Below, piece by piece: positions 40,701 through 54,200 of a stretch of 64,000 nucleotides of DNA (the first letter of the stretch is position 1; each line of letters starts with the position of its first letter). The DNA is from Eledone cirrhosa (taxonomy: Eukaryota): assembly GCA_964016885.1 (NCBI GenBank), contig OZ024764.1, positions 15,252,001 to 15,316,000 on the forward strand, read 5' to 3'. The notes beneath the pieces are model-generated. The model worked only from the letters and a program-made list of their open reading frames with translations. It ran no database searches and was not told the DNA's origin. The translations under genes were made by a program, and so were the position numbers.

Positions 40701-43700
40701 ACAGACAGGGGTCTCTAGAGGCTGTATTAACACATACAGGGGTCTCTAGAGGCTGTATTAACACATACAGGGGTCTCTAGAGGCTGTATTAACACATACA
40801 GGGGTATCTAGAGGCTGTATTAACACAGACAGGGGTATCTAGAGGCTGTATTAACACAGACAGGGCTCTCTAGAGGCTGTATTAACACAGACAGGGCTCT
40901 CTAGAGGCTGTATTAACACAGACAGGGGTCTCTAGAGGCTGTATTAACACATACAGGGCTCTCTAGAGGCTGTATTAACACATACAGGGCTCTCTAGAGG
41001 CTGTATTAACACAGACAAGGGTCTCTAGGGGCTGTATTAACACATACAGGGGTCTCTAGAGGCTGTATTAACACAGACAGGGGTCTCTAGAGGCTGTATT
41101 AACACAAACAGGGGTCTCTAGAGGCTGTATTAACACAGACAGGGGTCCTAGAGACTGTATTAACGCATACAGGGGTCTCTAGAGGCTGTATTAACACAGA
41201 CAGGGGTCTCTAGAGGCTGTATTAACACATACAGGGGTCTCTAGAGGCTGTATTAACACAGACAGGGGTCTCTAGAGGCTGTATTAAAACAGACAGGGGT
41301 CTCTAGAGGCTGTATTAACACAGACAGGGGTCTGTAGAGGCTGTATTAACACAGACAGGGGTCTCTAGAGGCTGTATTAAATACAGACAGGGGTCTCTAG
41401 AGACTGTATTAACACAGACAGGGGTCTCTAGAGTCTGTATTAACACAGACAGGGGTCTCTAGAGGCTGTATTAACACAGACAGGGCTCTCTAGAGGCTGT
41501 ATTAACACAGACAGGGGTCTCTAGAGGCTGTATTAACACAGACAGGAGTCTGTAGAGGCTGTATTAACACAGACAGGGGTCTCTAGAGGCTGTATTAACA
41601 CATACAGGGGTATCTAGAGGCTGTATTAACACAGACAGGGCTCTCTAGAGTCTGTATTAACACAGACAGGGGTCTCTAGAGGCTGTATTAACACAGACAG
41701 GGGTCTCTAGAGTCTGTATTAACACATACAGGGTTATCTAGAGGCTGTATTAACACAGACAGGTGTCTCTAGAGGCTGTATTAACACATACAGGGCTCTC
41801 TAGAGGCTGTATTAACACAGACAGGGGTCTCTAGAGGCTGTATTAACACATACAGGGGTCTCTAGAGTCTGTATTAACACATACAGGGGTCTCTAGAGGC
41901 TGTATTAACACATACAGGGGTCTCTAGAGGCTGTATTAACACATACAGGGCTCTCTAGAGGCTGTATTAACACATACAGGGCTCTCTAGAGGCTGTAATA
42001 ACACAGACAAGGCTCTCTAGAGGCTGTATTAACACAGACAGGGCTCTCTAGAGGCTGTATTAACACAGACAGGGGTCTCTAGAGGCTGTATTAACACAGA
42101 CAGGGGTCTCTAGAGGCTGTATTAAAACATACAGGGTCTCTAGAGGCTGTATTAACACAGACAGGGGTCTCTAGAGGCTGTATTAACACATACAGGGGTC
42201 TCTAGAGGCTGTATTAACACATACAGTGGTCTCTAGAGGCTGTATTAACACAGACAGGGCTCTCTAGAGGCTGTATTAACACAGACAGGGGTCTCTAGAG
42301 GCTGTATTAACACAGACAGGGGTCTCTAGAGGCTGTATTAACACAGACAGGGGTCTCTAGGGGCTGTATTAACACATACGAGGGTCTCTAGACGCTGTAT
42401 TAACACAGACAGGGGTCTTTAGAGGCTGTATTTACACAGTCAGGGGTCTCTAGAGGCTGTATTAACACAGACAGGGGTCTCTAGAGGCTGTATTAACACA
42501 GACAGGGGTCTCTAGAGGCTGTATTAACACATACAGTGGTCTCTAGAGGCTGTATTAACACATACAGGGGTCTCTAGAGGCTGTATTAACACATACAGGG
42601 GTCTCTAGAGGCTGTATTAACACAAACAGGGGTCTCTAGAGGCTGTATTAACACAGACAGCGGTCTCTAGAGGGTGTATTAACACATACAGGGGTCTATA
42701 GAGACTGTATTAACACAGACAGGGGTCTCTAGAGGCTGTATTAACACATACAGGGGTCTCTATGGGCTGTATTAACACATACAGGGCTCTCTAGAGGCTG
42801 TATTAACACATACAGGGGTATCTAGAGGCTGTATTAACACAGACAAGGCTCTCTAGAGGCTGTATTAACACAGACAGGGGTCTCTAGAGGCTGTATTAAC
42901 ACAGACAGGGGTCTCTAGAGGTTGTATTAACACAGACAGGGGTCTGTAGAGGCTGTATTAACACATACAGGGGTCTCTAGAGGCTGTATTAACACAGACA
43001 GGGGTCTCTAGAGGCTGTATTAACACAGACAGGGGTCTCTAGAGGCTGTATTAACACATACAGGGGTCTCTAGAGGCTGTATTAACACAGACAGGGGTCT
43101 CTAGAGGCTGTATTAACACAGACAGGGGTCTCTAGAGGCTGTATTAACACATACAGGGCTCTCTAGAGGCTTTATTAACACAGACAGGGGTCTATAGAGG
43201 CTGTATTAACACAGACAGGGGTCTCTAGAGGCTGTATTAACACAGACAGGAGTCTCTAGAGGCTGTATTAACACAGACAGGGGACTCTCGGGGCTGTATT
43301 AACACATATAGGGGTCTCTAGAGGCTGTATTAACACAGACAGGGGACTCTCGGGGCTGTATTAACACATACAGGGGTCTCTAGAGGCTGTATTAACACAG
43401 ACAGGGGTCTCTAGAGGCTTTATTAACACAGACAGGGGTCTATAGAGGCTGTATTAACACAGACAGGGGTCTCTAGAGGCTGTATTAACACAGACAGGAG
43501 TCTCTAGAGGCTGTATTAACACAGACAGGGGACACTCGGGGCTGTATTAACACATACAGGGGTCTCTAGAGGCTGTATTAACACAGACAGGGGACTCTCG
43601 GGGCTGTATTAACACAGACAGGGGTCTCTAGAGGCTGTATTAACACAGACAGGGGTCTCTAGAGGCTGTATTAACACAGACAGGGGTCTCTAGAGGCTGT

Positions 43701-46700
43701 ATTAACACATACAGGGCTCTCTAGAGGCTTTATTAACACATACAGGGGTCTATAGAGGCTGTATTAACACATACAGGGGTCTCTAGAGGCTGTATTAACA
43801 CATACAGGGGTATCTAGAGGCTGTATTAACACAGACAGGGGTCTCTAGAGGCTGTATTAACACATACAGGGCTCTCTAGAGGCTGTATTAACACAGACAG
43901 CGGTCTCTAGAGGGTGTATTAACACATACAGGGGTATCTAGAGGCTGTATTAACACATACAGGGCTCTCTAGAGGCTGTATTAACACATACAGGGGTATC
44001 TAGAGGCTGTATTAACACAGACAAGGCTCTCTAGAGGCTGTATTAACACAGACAGGGGTCTCTAGAGGCTGTATTAACACAGACAGGGGTCTCTAGAGGC
44101 TGTATTAACACAGACAGGGGTCTGTAGAGGCTGTATTAACACATACAGGGGTCTCTAGAGGCTGTATTAACACAGACAGGGGTCTCTAGAGGCTGTATTA
44201 ACACAGACAGGGGTCTCTAGAGGCTGTATTAACACATACAGGGGTCTCTAGAGGCTGTATTAACACAGACAGGGGTCTCTAGAGGCTGTATTAACACAGA
44301 CAGGGGTCTCTAGAGGCTGTATTAACACATACAGGGGTCTATAGAGGCTGTATTAACACAGACAGGGGTCTCTAGAGGCTGTATTAACACATACAGGGGT
44401 CTCTATGGGCTGTATTAACACAGACAGGGGTCTCTATGGGCTGTATTAACACAGACAGGGGTCTCTAGAGGCTGTATTAACACATACAGGGGTCTCTAGA
44501 GACTGTATTAGCACAGACAGGGGTCTCTAGAGGCTGTATTAACACAGACAGGGGTCTCTAGAGGCTGTATTAACACATACAGGGGTCTCTAGAGGCTGTA
44601 TTAACACAGACAGGGCTCTCTAGAGGCTGTATTAACACAGACAGGGGTCTGTAGAGGCTGTATTAACACATACAGGGGTCTCTAGAGGCTGTATTAACAC
44701 ATACAGGGGTGTGTAGAGGCTGTATTAACACAGACAGGGGTCGCTAGAGGCTGTATTAACACAGACAGGGGTCGCTAGAGGCTGTATTAACACAGACAGG
44801 GGTCTCTAGAGGCTGTATTAACACTGGCAGGGGTCTCTAGGGGCTGTATTAACACAGACAGGGGTCTCTAGACGCTGTATTAACACAGACAGGGGTCTTT
44901 AGAGGCTGTATTTACACATACAGGGGTCTCTAGAGGCTGTATTAACGCAGGCAGGGGTCTCTAGGGGCTGTATTAACACATACAGGGGTCTCTAGAGGCT
45001 GTATTAACACAGACAGGGGTCTGTAGAGGCTGTATTAACACAGACAGGGCTCTCTAGAGGCTGTATTAACACAAACAGGGGTCTGTAGAGGCTGTATTAA
45101 CACATACAGGGGTCTCTAGAGGCTGTATTAACAGAGACAGGGGTCTCTAGAGGCTGTATTAACACAGACAGGGGTCTCTAGAGGCTGTATTAACACAGAC
45201 AGGGGTCTGTAGAGGCTGTATTAACACAGACAGGGGTCTCTAGAAGCTGTATTAACACAGACAGGGGTCTCTAGAGGCTGTATTAACACAGACAGGGGTC
45301 TCTAGAGGCTGTATTAACACAGACAGGGGTCTCTAGAGGCTGTATTAACACAGACAGGGGTCTCTAGAGGCTGTATTAACACATACAGGGGTATCTAGAT
45401 GCTGTATTAACACAGACAGGGGTCTCTAGAGGCTGTATTAACACAGACAGGGGTCTCTAGAGGCTGTATTAACACAGACAGGGGTCTCTAGAGGCTGTAT
45501 TAACACAGACAGGGGTCTCTAGAGGCTGTATAAACACATACAGGGGTCTCTAGAGGCTGTATTAACACAGACAGGGGTCTCTAGGGGCTGTATTACACAT
45601 ACAGGGGTCTCTAGACGCTGTATTAACACAGACAGGGTTCTTTAGAGGCTGTATTTACACATACAGGGGTCTCTAGAGGCTGTATTAACACAGACAGGGG
45701 TCTCTAGGGGCTGTATTAACACAGACAGGGGTCTCTAGAGGCTGTATTAACACAGACAGGGGTCTGTAGAGGCTGTATTAACACATACAGGGGTCTCTAG
45801 AGGCTGTATTAACACAGACAGGGGTCTCTAGAGGCTGTATTAACACAGACAGGGGTCTGTAGAGGCTGTATTAACACAGACAGGGGTCTGTAGAGGCTGT
45901 ATTAACACAGACAGGGGTCTCTAGAGGCTGTATTAACACAGACAGGGGTCTCTAGAGGCTGTATTAACACAGACAGGGGTCTCTAGAGGCTGTATTAACA
46001 CAGACAGGGGTCTCTAGAGGCTGTATTAACACAGACAGGGGTCTGTAGAGGCTGTATTAACACAGACAGGGGTCTCTAGAGGCTGTATTAACACAGACAG
46101 GGGTCTCTAGAGGCTGTATTAACACAGACAGGGGTCTCTAGAGGCTGTATTAACACAGACAGGGGTCTCTAGAGGCTGTATTAACACATACAGGGGTATC
46201 TAGAGGCTGTATTAACACAGACAGGGGTCTCTAGAGGCCGTATTAACACAGACAGGGGTCTCTAGAGGCTGTATTAACACAGACAGGGGTCTGTAGAGGC
46301 TGTATTAACACAGACAGGGGTCTCTAGAGACTGTATTAACACAGACAGGGGTCTCTAGAGGCTGTATTAACACATACAGGGGTCTCTAGAGGCTGTATTA
46401 ACACAGACAGGGGTCTCTAGAGGCTGTATTAACACAGACAGGGGACTCTAGGGGCTGTATTAACACATACAGGGGTCTCTAGAGGCTGTATTAACACAGA
46501 CAGGGGTCTCTAGAGGCTGTATTAACACAGACAGGGGTCTTTAGAGGCTGTATTAACAGACAGGGGTCTTTAGAAGCTGTATTAACACAGACAGGGGTCT
46601 CTAGAGGCTGTATTAACACAGACAGGGGTCTCTAGAAGCTGTATTAACACAGACAGGGGTCTCTAGAGGCTGTATTAACACAGACAGGGGTCTCTAGAGA

Positions 46701-49700
46701 CTGTATTAACACATACAGGGGTCTCTAGAGGGTGTATTAACACAGACAGGGGTCTCTAGAGGCCGTATTAACACAGACAGGGGTCTCTAGAGGCTGTATT
46801 AACACAGACAGGGGTCTGTAGAGGCTGTATTAACACAGACAGGGGTCTCTAGAGACTGTATTAACACAGACAGGGGTCTCTAGAGGCTGTATTAACACAT
46901 ACAGGGGTCTCTAGAGGCTGTATTAACACAGACAGGGGTCTCTAGAGGCTGAATTAACACAGACAGGGGACTCTAGGGGCTGTATTAACACATACAGGGG
47001 TCTCTAGAGGCTGTATTATACAGACAGGGGTCTCTAGAGGCTGTATTAACACAGACAGGGGTCTTTAGAGGCTGTATTAACAGACAGGGGTCTCTAGAGG
47101 CTGTATTAACACATTCAGGGGTATCTAGAGGCTGTATTAACACAGACAGGGGTCTCTAGAGGCCGTATTAACACAGACAGGGGTCTCTAGAGGCTGTATT
47201 AACACAGACAGGGGTCTGTAGAGGCTGTATTAACACAGACAGGGGTCTCTAGAGACTGTATTAACACAGACAGGGGTCTCTAGAGGCTGTATTAACACAT
47301 ACAGGGGTCTCTAGAGGCTGTATTAACACAGACAGGGGTCTCTAGAGGCTGTATTAACACAGACAGGGGACTCTAGGGCTGTATTAACACATACAGGGGT
47401 CTCTAGAGGCTGTATTAACACAGACAGGGGTCTCTAGAGGCTGTATTAACACAGACAGGGGTCTTTAGAGGCTGTATTAACAGACAGGGGTCTTTAGAAG
47501 CTGTATTAACACAGACAGGGGTCTCTAGAGGCTGTATTAACACAGACAGGGGTCTCTAGAAGCTGTATTAACACAGACAGGGGTCTCTAGAGGCTGTATT
47601 AACACAGACAGGGGTCTCTAGAGACTGTATTAACACATACAGGGGTCTCTAGAGGGTGTATTAACACAGACAGGGGTCTCTAGAGGCCGTATTAACACAG
47701 ACAGGGGTCTCTAGAGGCTGTATTAACACAGACAGGGGTCTCTAGAGGCTGTATTAACACAGACAGGGGTCTCTAGAGGCTGTATTAACACAGACAGGGG
47801 ACTCTAGGGGCTGTATTAACACATACAGGGGTCTCTAGAGGCTGTATTAACACAGACAGGGGTCTCTAGAGGCTGTATTAACACAGACAGGGGTCTTTAG
47901 AGGCTGTATTAACAGATAGGGGTCTTTAGAAGCTGTATTAACACAGACAGGGGTCTCTAGAGGCTGTATTAACACAGACAGGGGTCTCTAGAAGCTGTAT
48001 TAACACAGACAGGGGTCTCTAGAGGCTGTATTAACACAGACAGGGGTCTCTAGAGACTGTATTAACACAGACAGGCGTCTCTAGAGGCTGTATTAACACA
48101 GACAGGGGACTCTAGGGGCTGTATTAACACATACAGGGGTCTCTAGAGGGTGTATTAACACAGACAGGGGTCTCTAGAGGCTGTATTAACAATGACAGGG
48201 GTCTCTAGAAGCTGTATTAACACAGACAGGGGTCTCTAGAGGCTGTATTAACACAGACAGGAGGCTCTAGCGGCTGAATTAACACAGACAGGGGTCTCTA
48301 GAGGCTGTATTAACACAGACAGGGGACTCTAGGGGCTGTATTAACACATACAGGGGTCTCTAGAGGCTGTATTAACACAGATAGGAGTCTCTAGAGGCTG
48401 TATTAACACAGACAGGGGTCTCTAGAGGCTGTATTAAGACATACAGGGGTATCTAGAGGCTGTATTAACACAGACAGGGCTCTCTAGAGTCTGTATTAAC
48501 ACAGACAGGGGTCTCTAGAGGCTGAATTAACACAGACAGGGCTCTCTAGAGGCTGTATTAACACAGACAGGGGTCTCTAGAGGCAGTATTAACACATACA
48601 GGGCTCTCTAGAGGCTGTATAAACACAGACAGGGGTCTCTAGAGGCTGTATTAACACAGACAGGGGTCTCTAGAGTCTGTATTAACACAGACAGGGGTCT
48701 CTAGAGGCTGTATTAACACATACAGGGGTCTCTAGAGTCTGCATTAACACATACAGGGCTCTCTAGAGGCTGTATTAACACATACAGGGGTATCTAGAGG
48801 CTGTATTAACACATACAGGGCTCTCTAGAGGCTGTATTAACACAGACAGGGGTCTTTAGAGGCTGTATTAACAGACAGGGGTCTCTAGAGGCTGTATTAA
48901 CACATTCAGGGGTATCTAGAGGCTGTATTAACACAGACAGGGGTCTCTAGAGGCCGTATTAACACAGACAGGGGTCTCTAGAGGCTGTATTAACACAGAC
49001 AGGGGTCTGTAGAGGCTGTATTAACACAGACAGGGGTCTCTAGAGACTGTATTAACACAGACAGGGGTCTCTAGAGGCTGTATTAACACATACAGGGGTC
49101 TCTAGAGGCTGTATTAACACAGACAGGGGTCTCTAGAGGCTGTATTAACACAGACAGGGGACTCTAGGGGCTGTATTAACACATACAGGGGTCTCTAGAG
49201 GCTGTATTAACACAGACAGGGGTCTCTAGAGGCTGTATTAACACAGACAGGGGTCTTTAGAGGCTGTATTAACAGACAGGGGTCTTTAGAAGCTGTATTA
49301 ACACAGACAGGGGTCTCTAGAGGCTGTATTAACACAGACAGGGGTCTCTAGAAGCTGTATTAACACAGACAGGGGTCTCTAGAGGCTGTATTAACACAGA
49401 CAGGGGTCTCTAGAGACTGTATTAACACATACAGGGGTCTCTAGAGGGTGTATTAACACAGACAGGGGTCTCTAGAGGCCGTATTAACACAGACAGGGGT
49501 CTCTAGAGGCTGTATTAACACAGACAGGGGTCTCTAGAGGCTGTATTAACACAGACAGGGGTCTCTAGAGGCTGTATTAACACAGACAGGGGACTCTAGG
49601 GGCTGTATTAACACATACAGGGGTCTCTAGAGGCTGTATTAACACAGACAGGGGTCTCTAGAGGCTGTATTAACACAGACAGGGGTCTTTAGAGGCTGTA

Positions 49701-52700
49701 TTAACAGATAGGGGTCTTTAGAAGCTGTATTAACACAGACAGGGGTCTCTAGAGGCTGTATTAACACAGACAGGGGTCTCTAGAAGCTGTATTAACACAG
49801 ACAGGGGTCTCTAGAGGCTGTATTAACACAGACAGGGGTCTCTAGAGACTGTATTAACACAGACAGGGGTCTCTAGAGGCTGTATTAACACAGACAGGGG
49901 ACTCTAGGGGCTGTATTAACACAGACAGGGGACTCTAGGGGCTGTATTAACACATACAGGGGTCTCTAGAGGGTGTATTAACACAGACAGGGGTCTCTAG
50001 AGGCTGTATTAACAATGACAGGGGTCTCTAGAAGCTGTATTAACACAGACAGGGGTCTCTAGAGGCTGTATTAACACAGACAGGAGGCTCTAGCGGCTGA
50101 ATTAACACAGACAGGGGTCTCTAGAGGCTGTATTAACACAGACAGGGGACTCTAGGGGCTGTATTAACACATACAGGGGTCTCTAGAGTCTGTATTAACA
50201 CAGATAGGAGTCTCTAGAGGCTGTATTAACACAGACAGGGGTCTCTAGAGGCTGTATTAAGACATACAGGGGTATCTAGAGGCTGTATTAACACAGACAG
50301 GGCTCTCTAGAGTCTGTATTAACACAGACAGGGGTCTCTAGAGGCTGAATTAACACAGACAGGGCTCTCTAGAGGCTGTATTAACACAGACAGGGGTCTC
50401 TAGAGGCAGTATTAACACATACAGGGCTCTCTAGAGGCTGTATAAACACAGACAGGGGTCTCTAGAGGCTGTATTAACACAGACAGGGGTCTCTAGAGTC
50501 TGTATTAACACAGACAGGGGTCTCTAGAGGCTGTATTAACACATACAGGGGTCTCTAGAGTCTGCATTAACACATACAGGGCTCTCTAGAGGCTGTATTA
50601 ACACATACAGGGGTATCTAGAGGCTGTATTAACACATACAGGGCTCTCTAGAGGCTGTATTAACACATACAGGGCTCTCTAGAGGCTGTAATAATACAGA
50701 CAAGGCTCTCTAGAGGCTGTATTAACACAGACAGGGGTCTCTAGAGGCTGTATTAACACAGACAGGGGTCTCTAGAGGCTGTATTAACACATACAGGGGT
50801 ATCTAGAGGCTGTATTAACACAGACAGGGGTCTCTAGGGGCTGTATTAACACATACAGGGGTCTCTAGACGCTGTATTAACACAGACAGGGTTCTTTAGA
50901 GGCTGTATTTACACATACAGGGGTCTCTAGAGGCTGTATTAACACAGACAGAGGTCTCTAGGGGCTGTATTAACACATACAGGGGTCTCTAGAGGCTGTA
51001 TTAACACAGACAGGGGTCTGTAGAGGCTGTATTAACACAGACAGGGCTCTCTAAAGGCTGTATTAACACAGACAGGGGTCTGTAGAGGCTGTATTAACAC
51101 ATACAGGGGTCTCTAGAGGCTGTATTAACACAGACAGGGGTCTCTAGAGGCTGTATTAACACAGACAGGGGTCTCTAGAGGCTGTATTAACACAGACAGG
51201 GGTCTGTAGAGGCTGTATTAACACAGACAGGGGTCTCTAGAGGCTGTATTAACACAGACAGGGCTCTCTAGAGGCTGTATTAACACAGACAGGGGTCTGT
51301 AGAGGCTGTATTAACACAGACAGGGGTCTCTAGAGGCTGTATTAACACAGACAGGGGTCTCTAGAGGCTGTATTAACACAGACAGGGGTCTGTAGAGGCT
51401 GTATTAACACATACAGGGGTCTCTAGAGGCTGTATTAACACATACAGGGGTCTCTAGAGGCTGTATTAACACAGACAGGGGTCTCTAGGGGCTGTATTAA
51501 CACATACAGGGGTCTCTAGAGGCTGTATTAACACATACAGGGGTCTCTAGAGGCTGTATTAACACAGACAGGGGTCTCTAGGGGCTGTATTAACACATAC
51601 AGGGGTCTCTAGAGGCTGTATTAACACAGACAGGAGTCTCTAGAGGCTGTATTAACACAGACAGGGGACTCTCGGGGCTGTATTAACACATACAGGGGTC
51701 TCTAGAGGCTGTATTAACACAGACAGGGGTCTCTAGAGGCTGTATTAACACAGACAGGGGTCTGTAGAGGCTGTATTAACACAGACAGGGGTCTGTAGAG
51801 GCTGTATTAACACAGACAGGGGTCTCTAGAGGCTGTATTAACACAGACAGGGGTCTCTAGAGGCTGTATTAACACAGACAGGGGTCTCTAGAGGCTGTAT
51901 TAACACATACAGGGGTATCTAGAGGCTGTATTAACACAGACAGGGGTCTCTAGAGGCTATATTAACACAGACAGGGGTCTCTAGAGGCTGTATTAACACA
52001 GAAAGGGGACTCTAGGGGCTGTATTAACACATACAGGGGTCTCTAGAGGCTGTATTACATAGACAGGGGTCTCTAGAGGCTGTATTAACACAGACAGGGC
52101 TCTCTAGAGGCTGTATTAACACAGACAGGGGTCTCTAGAGGCTGTATTAACACAGACAGGGGTCTCTAGAGGCTGTATTAACACAGACAGGGGTCTGTAG
52201 AGGCTGTATTAACACATACAGGGGTCTCTAGAGGCTGTATTAACACAGACAGGGGTCTCTAGGGGCTGTATTAACACATACAGGGGTCTTTAGTGGCTGT
52301 ATTAACACATACAGGGGTCTCTAGAGGCTGTATTAACACAGACAGGGGTCTCTAGAGGCTGTATTAACACAGACATGGGTCTCTAGAGGCTGTATTAACA
52401 CATACAGGGGTCTCTAGAGGCTGTATTAACACAGACAGGGCTCTCTAGAGGCTGTATTAACACAGACAGGGGTCTGTAGAGGCTGTATTAACACATACAG
52501 GGGTCTCTAGAGGCTGTATTAACACATACAGGGGTCTCTAGAGGCTGTATTAACACAGACACGGGCCTCTAGAGGCTGTATTAACACAGACAGGGGTCTC
52601 TAGAGGCTGTATTAACACAGACAGGGGTCTCTAGAGGCTGTATTAACACAGACAGGGGTCTCTAGAGGCTGTATTAACACAGATAGGGGTCTCTAGAGGC

Positions 52701-53560
52701 TGTATTAACACAGACAGGGGTCTCTAGAGGCTGTATTAACACAGACAGGGGTCTGTAGAGGCTGTATTAACACAGACAGGGGTCTCTAGAGGCTGTATTA
52801 ACACAGACAGGGGTCTCTAGAGGCTGTATTAACACAGACAGGGGTCTCTAGAGGCTGTATTAACACATACAGGGGTCTCTAGAGGCTGTATTAACACAGA
52901 CAGGGGTCTCTAGAGGCTGTATTAACACAGACAGGGGTCTCTAGAGGCTGTATTAACACAGACAGGGGTCTCTAGAGGCTGTATTAACACAGACAGGGGT
53001 CTCTAGAGGCTGTATTAACACAGACAGGGGTCTCTAGAGGCTGTATTAACACATACAGGGGTCTCTAGAGGCTGTATTAACACATACAGGGGTCTCTAGA
53101 GGCTGTATTAACACAGACAGGGGTCTCTAGAGGCTGTATTAACACAGACAGGGGACTCTAGGGGCTGTATTAACACATACAGGGGTCTCTAGAGGCTGTA
53201 TTAACACAGACAGGGGTCTCTAGAGGCTGTATTAACACAGACAGGGGTCTCTAGAGGCTGTATTAACACATACAGGGGTCTCTAGAGGCTGTATTAACAC
53301 AGACAGGGGTCTCTAGAGGCTGTATTAACACATACAGGGGTCTCTAGAGGCTGTATTAACACAGACAGGGGTCTCTAGAGGCTGTATTAACACAGACAGG
53401 GGTCTCTAGAGGCTGTATTAACACAGACAGGGGGTCTCTAGAGGCTGTATTAACACAGACAGGGGTCTCTAGAGGCTGTATTAACACATACAGGGGTCTC
53501 TAGAGGCTGTATTAACACAGACAGGGGTCTCTAGAGGCTGTATTAACACATACAGGGGTC
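4727..53560. repeat. 31-bp satellite, consensus CTGTATTAACACAGACAGGGGTCTCTAGAGG, ~1,575 copies, 48.8 kb, uninterrupted
   Basis: Period 31 (e.g. ctgt at 5221 and 5252). XbaI site TCTAGA in most units. Point variants plus 29/30/32-bp units. TTAA and CTAG put stops in all six frames. Confidence 0.99.
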
Positions 53561-53852
53561 CTCACTACATCTGACAGTAGGGCCAGGCGCCCTCTAGTCC
53601 TTCAATGTTCCACTCCACTACATCTGATGGTAATAATGGTGATGATGATGGAGTTTATGGCGATGGTGATGATGAAATTATAAGCATATTTAAAGCACAT
53701 CTACAATATACAGGGTATACAACAGTATATAATATACAATATATAGACTATACAATACCTGTTGACTGAGTGTATATATCCATGGCTGGTTATATATATA
53801 TATACAGGAGCTATATTAGAATATCTGTATATATACAGCGGGGTATATGAAA

Positions 53853-53892
53853 TATGTGTGTGTATGTATGTGTGTATGTATGTATGTGTGTA

Positions 53893-53923
<31 letters not shown>

Positions 53924-54076
53924 ATGTATGTATGTGTGTGTGTGTGTATATATGTATGTATGTATGTGTGTGTGTGTGTGTGTATATATGTATGTATGTA
54001 TGTATGTATGTGTGTATATATGTATATGTGTGTGTGTGTGTATATATGTATGTATGTATGTATGTGTGTGTGTGTG

Positions 54077-54110
<34 letters not shown>

Positions 54111-54136
54111 TGTATATATGTATGTATGTGTGTGTG

Positions 54137-54169
<33 letters not shown>

Positions 54170-54200
54170 GTGTATATATGTATATGTGTGTGTGTGTATG
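53853..54200. repeat. (TG)/(TATG) compound microsatellite
   Basis: Read directly. Confidence 0.95.

Noticed and set aside
4727-53560. CRISPR-like array (31-bp palindromic repeat)
   Set aside because: Units are head-to-tail with no unique spacers, there are no cas genes, and the context is eukaryotic.
4740-53560. G-quadruplex array from GGGG in each monomer
   Set aside because: G-runs are 27 nt apart, too long for canonical G4 loops.
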